In this document: piece after piece, positions 52,201-64,000 of the stretch
Layout: each line of letters opens with the position of its first letter
How positions within the stretch are numbered: position 1 is the first letter of the stretch
DNA from: the human T2T-CHM13v2.0 reference genome, Homo sapiens
Length of the DNA stretch: 64,000 nucleotides
Assembly (NCBI RefSeq): GCF_009914755.1
Contig: NC_060944.1
Direction: 5' to 3' (one strand)
Notes under the pieces: model-generated
What the model was told of the DNA's origin: nothing
The model's database searches: none
The model's input: only the letters and a program-made list of their open reading frames with translations
Made by a program: the position numbers and the translations under genes

Positions 52201-52909
52201 CTTCAGAAATAGTTAAGGTAAAGTCAGGCGGCAAGTGATCAATGCCTCTCGATGTTTCTTTCCCAAGGAGGCACTCAGATTTTTGCAGCTGCCTGACATG
52301 TTTCTTAACAACTTACCTCCAACTGGAGAAACATCAGTAGTTGTCGAGGCCACAGTTTGTCTGGCTGATTTATACAAATCGGTGAAACAATATCTCCAGC
52401 CTATTCTTTGATCTTGGTTTGAAGCAAGTCAACTTAAACACTCATGGGAGCTGGAAGGAGATCCTTCATACAAATGTGCCCACAAATCTTTCTTGGATGC
52501 TCAGGGTGAGGCCTCTGCTAGTTGCTTCAAAGGCCTCATCCATCATGACAGGGGGAATAAAAACTCAAGTTATGCTTTATTAACCTTATTGATTGCCATC
52601 CTTGACCCAACTCAACCCATATCCAACTGTGGCAGGAATTTCTAACTCAACTTTTGCTGTAGTAGAACTGCACTTCCTCCACCACAATCCTCTCTGCACC
52701 CTCCCTCCCTGGCCCTGGCACCTCTCTTTAATCAAGAAGGGCAGCAGGGAAGGAAGATCTCACTGCTGGAGACCAAGTGCTGTGGGTCATTAAGGGGGCC
52801 AGTTCTGGAGCTTGAATGCCTGGGTTTGAATCCAAGCTCTGGCATATACTGACCTTGGGCGAGTTCTAGAAATCTGCCCCTGCCTCAGAGTCTCCATTTA
52901 TAAATTTAT

Positions 52910-53310
52910 ATGGTTCATTGGTAGGGGTTATACCAGATAAACAGAATCAGGAATTTAAATATGTATATTTTAAGGAATTGGCTGTGGGACTGTGGAGTCC
53001 GGCCTAGTAAGGCTGAAATCTGCAGGGCAGGCTGACAGACTAGAGGCCTGCAGGCAGGAGCTGATGCTGTGGACTAGACCGGGGGCAAAATTTTATTTTC
53101 CTCAGTGAACCTCAGTTTTGCTATTGAGGTCTTTCTACTGATTGGATGAGATCCCCAGATTATTAAGGACAATCCTTACTTAAAGTCCCCGACTGTAGAC
53201 ATTAACCCATGATAACTATAATACCGTCACAGCAGCACCTGCATTAGTGCTTTGTGGAATAACTAGGTGCTAGAGCCTAGCCAAGTTGACACATTAAACT
53301 GACCAGCACA
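52910..53310 (-). mobile_element. ERVL LTR (MLT2D-like) inserted in a MIR
   Basis: TTTTAAGGAATTGGCT...CTGAAATCTGCAGGGCAGGC...CTGATTGGATGAG...AGCCTAGCCAAGTTGACACATTAAACTGACCAGCACA. Confidence 0.8.
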
Positions 53311-53936
53311 GATGGTGTAGAAGTGATGTGAAGAGTATGAGGTACTACATGTAATGTTTGCAGGCTGGGACCCAGAACACAGTGTGGACTCAATAAATAT
53401 GAGCTGTTCTTATTGCTGCGAGGATGCAGAGAGGAGACTCACAAATGGCCCCGTGTATAGTAAGTGCTCGGTAAACATTAGCGATTATTATGTCTTCAAA
53501 ATTTCACTCAATATGCATCATTAATGTCAGGGCTGTGATGGTGGTGGGGGCACTGACTGGGGCCTATGGTAGCAAGTCATCTCATGCACACTCACACACA
53601 CACTCTGTCTCACACACACTTGCATACTCACACCCGTACGCATACACACGCTCATACAATCATACACACACACACACATGGTTGATGACAAGTGGTGACT
53701 TCACAGGGTGAGGACTTATGAAGGATCTAGAGTCTGAGGGCTTGGGGAGTGGAGGTTTGCAGGATGAGAGAGTTTCCTGGGGAAGGGGTGGTGGCTGGAG
53801 GGGCGGGGCTGTGGAAGCCCACCGCAGCTAGGACAGGCGCAAGCGTCGGCCCCCGGGCAGGGTCCTAGTGTGGTGGGGTGGGTCCCAGCCAAACCCTGCA
53901 TATCAGGTCCTGACTATGGATACTTGATTGCTTTGA

Positions 53937-54236
<300 letters not shown>

Positions 54237-54834
54237 CTGCTTTGATTTTATATTGGCATTTTTTTTCTCTTTTCGTCTGAAAATAATTTAAAAAATTGCT
54301 TATTGGCCATATCCATCTATCAATCTATTTAAAAAATAACATACCAACATTATTGCTAACAATATGATTATTCCTAAAAACAGCTCCAGATTTCTTTGCG
54401 GTTCTTGTCTCACTAGGGGTGTGCATCCCTATCTGTGTATTTTAAAATCATCTGAAATGATTCTTCTCTGATTGGGGAAACCAGGAGGTGGCTAATCTTT
54501 ACTTAAAGGCCAGATCACCTAGGTAAAAAATGAGATATCCTCTTGAAAGCAACAAGGACAAAGTTGTTCAGCATGCGTAAACCTGAGTGTCGTGATTGGT
54601 TTGTCTGGTCTGGTCAGGATACACATGCACTCCGCATCCCCCTTGCCATCTCAGGTCCAGGCCAACATTGTGTCTCACCTGACAACTGTCACAGCTTCCA
54701 AAATGGTCTCCCTGCTCCCACTCTACCCTGTGCCCTATCCTCATCCTTTTGTACTTGGCAGCCAGAGTGATTTCTTTTCCAAATTGAACTGTAATATCAC
54801 ACTGAAAAGGGGTTCAAAGAATTGTCACAAAGTC

Positions 54835-55515
54835 ACGGACAGAATGGGAGGCCATTACCTAAGTGAAATGAGTCAGAAGCAGAAAGTCAAGTCACTGCAT
54901 GTTCTCACCTATAAGTGGGGGCTAAACAGTGGGTACACATGGGCATACAGAGGAGGGTAATAGACACTATAGACTCCAGCAGGTGGGAGGGTGGGTGTAT
55001 TAGTCTGTTCTCACTCTGCTAATAAAGAAGTACCAGAGACTGAGTAATTTATAAAGAAAAAGAGGCTTAATGGGCTTACAGTTCCACATGGCTGGAGAGG
55101 CCTCACAATCATGGCAGAAGGCAAAGGAGGAGCAAAGGGAGGTCTTACATGGCAGCAGGCAAGAGGGCATGTGCAGGGGAACTGCCCTTTATAGAGCCTT
55201 CAGATTGAGTGAGACTTATTCACTGTCACAAGAAGGGGAAAAATCCACCACCATGATTCAATCACCTCCCACCGGGTTCCTCCCATGACACATGCGGATT
55301 ATGTGGGCTACAATTCAAGATGAGATTTGGGTGGGGACACAGCCAAACCATATCAGTGGGAGAGGGTTGAGTGTTGACAAGTTACCTGTGGGGTACAAAG
55401 TGCACTCTTCGGATGATTTGGGTACACTGAAAGCCCAGACTTCACTGCCATGCAGTATATGGAGGTAATGACTGCAGTTGTATCCCCTAAAGCTATAACA
55501 ATTTTTAAAATAAAA
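54835..55515 (+). mobile_element. L1PB-type (L1PB4-like) 3' end split by a THE1 LTR
   Basis: GGAGGCCATTACCTAAGTGAAAT...TGCATGTTCTCAC...[THE1]...GGGTACACTGAAAGCCCAGACTTCAC...AAAATAAAA. Confidence 0.8.
54996..55355 (-). mobile_element. THE1 solo LTR (THE1B/C-like)
   Basis: TGTATTAGTCTGTTCTCAC...GGGGACACAGCCAAACCATATCA with a perfect TSD GTGGG (54991-54995, 55356-55360). Confidence 0.92.
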
Positions 55516-55519
55516 TGGT

Positions 55520-56360
55520 CATATAGCACACTTCTATGGAACCTCAACCCAGATCAAGAAGTTGCTTCCTTGTCCCATCTCAGAAACTGTGTCCCCCTCA
55601 CCCCCAGCAAGAGAACCACTGTTTTGACATCTCACATTATTATTTCATTTTACCTGCATTTGAATTGTCTTTCAATGGAGTAACTCAGATTATATTCTGT
55701 TGCGTCTTGCTCCTTTTGCATAACTTTTTAAAGTGAGACACAACCATGTAGTTGTGTGTGGGTATAGCTCTGTTGTTATTTTTGTTGTACAATATTCTAT
55801 TTATGAATATGCTATAATTTATTTATCTATTTTGCTGTTGATGGATATTTGAGTTGTTTCCTTTTTGGGGGCTACTACAAACAGCACATGTATGAACATT
55901 CCTGTCCACGTATACACCGCTGTTGGACAGAAGCAGATTTTCTGTGTTATGGAGTATACATAGGTTCAGTTTCTATAGATACCACCAGTTTTCCAAAGCA
56001 GTGGTCCTAGTCCACATTCCCAGCTGCAGTGTATGAGAATTCTAGCTGTTCTATACCCTTGGATTATGTGCCATTGTCTGGGGGTCTTCTGTTTGTTTTA
56101 TTTTTGTTCCTTTAGTTTTTCCATTCTCTGAGTGTGTAGAGTATTTTACTGTGCTTTTAATTTGCATTTATCTGATGGCTAATTAGGTTGAGCCTCTTTT
56201 CATGTGCTTATTGATTATTTGGACATCTTTTTGTGAAGTGTGCCTGTTCAAGTCTTTTGCCCATTTTTATATAGGTGTGTTTGTATTCTCTCTGGACTTG
56301 TAATACCTTACAGGTCTGGATATGACTCCTCTGTCATTTGTATGTGATTTAGTTATGAAA
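55520..56360 (-). mobile_element. Old L1 (L1ME/MB-type) 3' fragment
   Basis: TGTTGATGGATATTTGAGTTGTTTCC...TTTTAATTTGCATTT...TTTTCATGTGCTTATTG...CTGTTCAAGTCTTTTGCCCATTTTT. Confidence 0.75.
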
Positions 56361-56877
56361 GAGAATCTGTTCAGGAATCTGATCTTGTCACTCTCCTGGC
56401 ATCCCCGTCTTCATAGGTCAGCATCTTTGAGAGGTTCTGGTACTCAGGCCTTTGAGTTCTCTGGCCTGTCTTTGGGCCACCCCATTCTGTGGCTTCTCCT
56501 TCAGCTATACTAGAGCCTCTAGAGTGTCCTTCTCCTTGTCCTGGAATCTGACACAGGGCAGTGTGACTCAGAGCTAAGGGCACAGACTCTGGAGCCACAC
56601 TGCCCGGTCTCACCGCTCAAGTGTCGAATGGTGCTGACAATAATAATAATCCCCCCTCAAGAGTTGTGAGGAGTTAATGTGAAGTCCTTAGAAGAGTGCT
56701 GAGCACATGGCAAGGCGGGGTGAGCGTGAATATTTTTTTATCATCATTTATGTTCACTGAGGTTCTGCTTTTGGAAATGTCCTTTCCTTTCATCACCTAT
56801 GATTCTAATCACCCTTGGCTAATTCCTACCTACCCTCTAAGTCTCAGCTCCAAAATCATGTCTTCAGGGAAGCCCTC

Positions 56878-57274
56878 TGTATCAGTCAGCACAAGCTTAG
56901 TTGACTTGCAGTAATGAACAACCTCAAACTTGCAGTGGCTTTAAACCATCAGAACATATTTTCTGCCACATGTTCCCTGTTGGGTGGCTAGGGGATCTGC
57001 CACCATGATACTTTTGAATCTTTGCTCCAGAACCTTGTCCATGGACCAGCCACTACCTGGACTGTCAATAGGCAGTGGTAGAGGGAAAAAAGGCTCTGGT
57101 AGGTTTCACACAGGGGATTAAGGCTCACCAGGAATGACTCTTATGTGTCTCCCACTCTCGCCAGAACTAGTCACAGGCCACATTGACCACAGGGGCCAGG
57201 AAGTTCAGTCGCATCTTGTACTCAGAAGGAGAGAGAACTGAGATATTTGGAGGGTTGCACCAATGACTAATGAC
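56878..57274 (-). mobile_element. Old MaLR LTR (MLT1J/K-like) inside an L2
   Basis: TGTATCAGTCAG...GCAGTAATGAACAACC...CAGTGGCTTTAAAC...GCCAGAACTAGTCACAGGCCAC. Confidence 0.6.
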
Positions 57275-58644
57275 AATTTGCCTGAACCCCAAACTGAGTT
57301 AGGCCATGCTATTGTGTGCTTTGTCTATTTCACCTTTCTAACACACACCATTGTGCAGTCATGTGTTTGTGTGACTATTTGATTATCGTCTATGTCTCCC
57401 ACCAGGCTGAATTTCACAAGGGCAGGGCCCTATTGGAACTGTTGACTGCTCTATCCCTGTTTCTGTCACTTGCCCCTTGCAGACATTTGAGAAGTTTGGT
57501 GTCTATAGCAGTCAATCATTGGAAAATAGATGCTGGTCTCTTTATCCTGCCATCTCTAGATACCTTTTCTTCTTTTAATTATTCACCGCAGAAATTTATA
57601 TACCCATCTCCCAGCTTCCACAGTTATCAACATGCCAATCTTGTTTCATCAAATTCCCATATTTCATTGCAGAAATTTTTGAGTCTATAAAAAATAGAAT
57701 CATATAGTAAACTCTCATGTAACCATCTCCCAGCTTAAACCGTTATCAACATGCCAATCTTGTTTCACTGAATTCCCATATTCTCTCCCCACCTCTATTT
57801 TAAAGTGAACACATCCTATCATTTCATTCACAAGTCATTCACTACAATGTAATACCATTACTGTGCCTCAAAAATGGACAGTCATTTTAAAATATCATAT
57901 AATACCCAGTCAATGTTGCAATTCCATTGATGGCCTCATAAATGCTTTGTTTAAATTAAGATCCAAAGAAGATCCACACATTGCATTTGGTTGATTTGGT
58001 TTTGGAAATCTTTAGTGAATCTCCATTCCCTTTTTTATTTTCTTATTTTTCTATTGGAAACCATATCACCCATCCTGTAGCCTTTGCCATAATCTTGATT
58101 TTGCTGATGGGATGGTGTCTTCTGATATGTTCCTCTGTCCCCTGTGTGTCCTGCAAACCTGTAGCTAGCTCTCAGTAAGATCTAGAAGTTTGATGATGTT
58201 CATATTTGACTTTTTTGGCAAGAATTCATCAGAGTTGTCATTGTATACTTGTACTGCCTCATTCCACATGATGTCTGTTTGTCTGTTAAGCTTCCTCAGA
58301 GGTTTTGGGGTTTGCCAGCCTGATCCACCATGGTACCCACCTTCATCCACGGTACCCACCCCCATCCCCCAATTCCCAGTGATCCCACTCCTGTTTACTT
58401 TGTTCCACTTTCTTACAAGAAAAATCACATCCTAAAATGTTCCCTCCTTGCACGGAAAACCCATCCAGACGAGGCTCAAGTCATAAAAGAGCATGAGACA
58501 TGGATCTCCATTTGTTATGAAGTTAGTGGGCATCAGCTTTATCAACAGCCCCCATCTTTAATCAAGAAGAAATTACCCACTGGTGGGACATTATGATTTT
58601 CTTTTACAACTAGCTCGTTTTTTAAAAAATTAATTTCAGTTCAA

Positions 58645-58940
58645 TTTTTTTTTTAATTTTACATTTCGGGATCCATGTGCAGGATGTGCAGGTTTGTTAC
58701 ATGGGTAAACGTGTGCCATGGTGGTTTGCTGCCCCCATCAGCCCATCACCTAGGTATTAAACCCCACATGCATTAGCTATTTATCATGATGCTTTCCCCC
58801 ACTATCCCCCTACACAGGCCCCAGTGTGTGTTGTTCCCCTCCCTGTGTCCATGTGTTCTCATTGTTCAGCTCCCACTTACAAGTGAGAACATCCGGCATT
58901 TGGTTTTCTGTTCCTGTGTTCGTTTGCTGAGGTTAATGGC
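58645..58940 (-). mobile_element. 5'-truncated L1PA (about 300-bp 3' end)
   Basis: CATGTGCAGGATGTGCAGGTTTGTTACAT...GGTGGTTTGCTGC...TTCAGCTCCCACTTA.AAGTGAGAAC; TSD TCAGTTCAA at 58636-58644 and 58941-58949. Confidence 0.92.
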
Positions 58941-60371
58941 TCAGTTCAACTTTTAAGCAAGGAAAGAGAAGGATAATTGTGCAGCGTTTCCTGAAAAGTT
59001 ATGAAAGAAAGCAAAGGGTCATTTTTCAGAACTCCTCTCCCACCATTAAGAATCATCCATCGTGGCTCTTCCTTGCATCTTGCAGCCGAGCTGTAAGCCC
59101 TGGAATTGGCTGATGGGGCTTTGCTTCCAAAGATGTTTCTCAGATCCTCCTATTTACAAGGAGGGTGTTTGGAACTAGAAAAAAGCTGGAGGTTCGCATC
59201 AGGGGAAATTCTCAGTGCAGCTCACACACTCTCATGCCTGCTGGGAATCCGGGCCCTCCCCACTCCCACCTTCTCCTCTGCAGCCCTCTCCTCTCTTCTC
59301 CATCCTTATTTCCATTCGAATCAGTGGTTATGGGGTGCTGTCAGGCCTGAGCACCGATGAAGGGATTTTTCAAGCTGTAATTTGTCATGTGGATGAAGGT
59401 TTGATCCCTTGTTTGGTGCCCGCAACATTGGGGTCCTAATTTCCACTCCAGGGCCAGTTCTCTGTGGAGCAGGGCAAAGCTTGCCTAACCTTTCTATGTT
59501 AGTTTCATCTCCTGGAAAATAGAGTTAATATCTACCCTGCTCCTAGGAACACGGGAATTAGTTATTGTTTTTTCAGAGTGCTAATCTCATACCTTTGCCA
59601 ACACAAGGCAATTCCACCAACAGCCCCCAAATTATATCTGATCACACAGTGGCTGAATGTGTTGATCATCACTACTTCCATTGTGAAACTCCAAACGAAT
59701 ATTTTTAAGGTTGCCACTTTATTCATAAATCCAAGAAGTTATCACAGCCACTGCAGTGAGTGAGGTTCAGAGCTGAGGGCCACTTGGAAAAAATCACCAC
59801 CCACTCCAGCCCCGGCCTCCATCCAAGGCTAGGCAGGCTATCACGAAGCAAACGAGAAGGTCACGACAGGCTGCAGCTTCGTCCCTTTCCATTTCGGGCT
59901 ATGATTAATCTTTTCTGATGTTCTTTTATTTGAAAAAATAATCTAAACTGGCCCCAGACAGAACCAACTCTCCTTAAAAGGGAAATCTACATGAAAGGAC
60001 GGAATGTTGCTCACAGAGAGAAAAGACAGGGAACCCATCGCTGGAGGTTTGAGGCTCCTGAGGAGAGCACTAAGGTGCCTCGTCTTTAACTTATGGGCAT
60101 AACGGGAGAGCTCTTTCTTCTTGAAGTTGGTGATTCACAACCTCATTTGAGGTCTGATTCCATCAAAAATACATCCAGCTCCAAGGGCTGCCAAAAAAAA
60201 GGAGGTTTTCTCTAACCCAGGAGACCCCACACAGTTTCTCCTCCAGCCTGGAGACCTGGGTGTACTGTCAGGGCCCCCACCTTCAGTTCTCCTGCCCTCC
60301 TGAGTTGTAAGCAGTCCCCAGGAAAGACTCTTCAAGAGGCAGGCCGCTTGGGTCTGGATGGTTCTCTAAGT

Positions 60372-60700
60372 CAGAGTTTCTCAACTGATGTGCGACTGAC
60401 ATTTGGGGCTGAGTCACTGGGGTGGTGGGGACAGATCTTTGGGGCTGAGTCACTGGGGTGGTGGGGACGGATCTTTGGGGCTGAGTCACTGGGGTGGTGG
60501 GGACGGATCTTTGGGGCTGAGTCACTGGGGTGGTGGGGACTGACCTGTGTATCACGGGAGGTTTAGTAGCCTTCCTGCTCCCACCCACTGGATTCTGTGA
60601 GCAGCCCCTTCTCCCATTGCGACAACCAAAAATGTCTTCAGACATTGCCAAATGCTTCTGGGTGAGAGGGCGCAAAATCACCCTGGTGGCAATTCATGGA
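60372..60700 (-). mobile_element. MER20 with an internal tandem expansion
   Basis: CAGAGTTTCTCAAC...GACATTTGGGGC...GACAACCAAAAATGTCTTCAGACATTGCCAAATG...GCAAAATCACCC is the reverse complement of MER20. Confidence 0.85.
60402..60540. repeat. 36-bp tandem repeat, 3.9 copies
   Basis: TTTGGGGCTGAGTCACTGGGGTGGTGGGGACRGATC at 60402, 60438, 60474 and 60510 (last copy partial); one mismatch among the full copies. Confidence 0.97.
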
Positions 60701-62785
60701 GCTGTTGGTCCCACAGCCCTTTCCAGGGTGCCTTCATGTCCACAGGGAACCTTCAAAGTGCCAGGGTCTTTGGCTGAGTGGGTGAGACCTTGGGAAGGCA
60801 GAGCATGGAGCTGTCCTGACACGGGAGCATTTTTTTCCCTTGTGCACACATCCGCCTGGCAACCGTGCTACGAGTCACTGTGGCCTGCCTCCCAGGTGCC
60901 CCTTTGAATTGTGCCCACAAACCAGGTGGTTAATCAGCTCTCCAGCGCTGCTTGGAAGCGTCCCTGCCTAAGCGAGCATGTAATTACCAGCTCGCACCCT
61001 CAGCCGTGGACACGCAGGAGAGCAGCGGCAGAAACGGGTGGCTCATTGCAGGAGGGGGAGCGGGGGACTCTGGCCTTTGAAGCGTGACATGAATGCCAAA
61101 GATGATGGTGTCCGTCCCCTTTGGAGACTGAACATGTTTTGCTGGCCTTTACTGGAACACAGCCGCCGGATCCCTGCAGATGGCTAGGGCTTCCTGAGCT
61201 ACCTGTTTGAGGGAGCGGGCCCCCAGCCCCGGGGGGCACCTGAAGAGCGGCCTAAGCCTGCACACACCTTGGCCTCTTGTTAGGTCCAGGGGGGTGTTTT
61301 ATTTGGCAGCCTTGTTCCCCATCGTATCAAACGAATTAAAATACGCCCACACTAACTATAGTTTGTTTGCAGTAAAAATATTTGAAAGGAGTTTAATGAT
61401 TTTGCTTCTTAAATTATCTAGCAGCAGGTAATTCATCAAAGTTGCAATTACCTGTGATTTGCCCCACAACCAATAGGCATCCTTAGGCATTCTTGCAATG
61501 GTTTTCTCAAACGTAATGCAGTTTTTATGACGACGACATCATCAATACAGCACCCAGCAAGCAGTGAGGAGGCTGCACTGCTATAGTTGGCAGGCGTTTA
61601 ATGAAGCATTTATTAATTTTGATTTTGTGGCTTTCTTGTTGAATTTTGGAGCCCATAATTTTCTTCCACATTGCACACACTTGCGTGGACCCCAGAAAGG
61701 TTCATGCCTAAGGCTCTTGGGGGTTTGTGGGTGGGGGGGGGGTGCTCTTTTTTCTTGGCAGTATGCTGAAGGTGAGAAGATTCCAGAGGTAGCTGAACAG
61801 TTGCTTTGCTGGGGAGGGTTTGCTTAGCTGCTGGAGTCACTCCCAGTTTCCTCTTTCTTGGTTTTTGTGGTGGTAAAAATTAAGTCCAAGCATCTGGAGA
61901 GCCACATGTGTGATTTGCAAACATCAAACACAGCATTCATTCCTTATTTCTTGATTAATTTATTGGCTGTCGGCTTTCTGATCAGTCTACCAGCTGGGCA
62001 TTTTACTTTTCTCTTACTGCGAACGAGGCGTAATTGCTGGGACGCAAACCGGTCGGAAAAACAATGAGAAATTAGGCATAATTGGGCGGCATTTCCTGAC
62101 GAACTATAATGCCAAGCTCAACATGGGAGCCAGTGTTTTATTTTCTTTTTTACAAAAAGGGACTTCACAGTTATTCCTAGCGCGTGAGTTTTCCTCCCCA
62201 CTGCTTTCCAATGCCTGGGACTGAGCGGAGGGGGTGATTTCCTTCTTCCCAATCAGAGGTAGCGAATCTCTCAGAGCTTATGGTAATATTTAAAGACATA
62301 AAAAGGACAGGACAATTAGAAATGTGCACAGGTAGCTTTAGGGCTGACGTTATTGATGCCTTTGTGATCAATAGCACTATTTTTATTTGGATTGCTAGCC
62401 ATAGGAAGCTACGGCCACAAAATTTAGAGAGCCCTGCAGAGGGCCTGTAAAACCCTGTTGTAACTCTCATGTCAGGCCGGGAATAACGGCTGATTTAAAG
62501 GCTTTGGCTGGTGCAGTGAGGCGGGGTTTCCATCAGTGTATGCCCAGGAGAGGGGATTACATCTGCCTGGCGTCCAGACCCCAGGTGGAGTGAAGCCGTT
62601 TATAACACAATTTGGCTGCAGTTGAATTTTAATCTTGGGATCCACCGATTGCTTTAAGGGCGAGCTCGAGAAGCCGCCATTTGTTTTTGATAGCTTTACC
62701 CAGAGACTAAAGAAATCCCTCCCCCCACAGTTGTTCTGTGAGGGGTTGTGTCTGTGGAAGGGAATTGAAAGAGAAGATTTGGTAA

Positions 62786-63639
<854 letters not shown>

Positions 63640-63666
63640 ATCTTAGAAGAAGAAAAGACGCACAGA

Positions 63667-63948
63667 CCTGTAATCCCAGCACTCTGGGAGGCCAAAGTGG
63701 GCGGATCACCTGAGGTCAGGAGTTTGAGACCAGCCTGGACAACATGATGAAACCCCATCTCTACTAAAAAGGCAAAAATTAGCGGGCGTGGTGGCATGCT
63801 ACTTAGGAGGCTGAGTCAGGAGAATTGCTTGAACCTGGGAGGCGGAGGTTGCAGTGAGCCAAGATCACGTCACTGCACTCCAGCGTGGGTGACAGAGTGA
63901 GACTCAGTTAAAAAAAAAAAAAAAAGAAAGAAAGAAAGAAAGAAAAAG
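63667..63948 (+). mobile_element. AluS, slightly 5'-truncated with a small internal deletion
   Basis: CCTGTAATCCCAGCAC...GGATCACCTGAGGTCAGGAG...poly-A/(GAAA)n tail. Confidence 0.9.
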
Positions 63949-64000
63949 AGGCCCAGAGACTAAAGGATCTTGCCCAAGGCCGCCCAGCATGCAAGTGTCC

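Noticed and set aside
60402-60540. 36-bp repeats resembling a CRISPR array
   Set aside because: The units are head-to-tail with no unique spacers, there are no cas genes, and the context is a primate MER20.

Overview
Primate (almost certainly human) genomic DNA rich in Alu, L1, L2, MIR, MaLR LTR and DNA-transposon fossils, with one CpG island at about 31.4-32.5 kb. On the minus strand the island holds a 49-nt coding exon, MPAAMLPYACVLVLLG+G|GTAGGT, which I recognise from memory as the signal-peptide exon 1 of APCDD1L (chr20q13.32). Everything to its left is then APCDD1L intron 1, and I did not find exon 2 in the window. The right half should lie in the divergent lncRNA APCDD1L-DT (APCDD1L-AS1); this rests on recalled annotation, and its exons cannot be fixed from the sequence. 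Almost all ORFs in the supplied track are repeat-derived or chance ORFs. I found no evidence for a new multi-gene system. The best leads are: (1) a MIR-derived alternative first coding exon (30870-30951, same splice phase as exon 1) that would replace the signal peptide; (2) a 36-bp tandem repeat inside a MER20 that multiplies an AP-1/ARE plus GT-box module four times; (3) a 1.6-kb GGAT/GGGT array with higher-order units grown from an L2 tail; (4) THE1 LTRs with intact DUX4-type sites, one pointing at APCDD1L; (5) two local duplication scars. Repeat family names come from recalled consensus sequences, and repeat boundaries are approximate unless target-site duplications (TSDs) are given.
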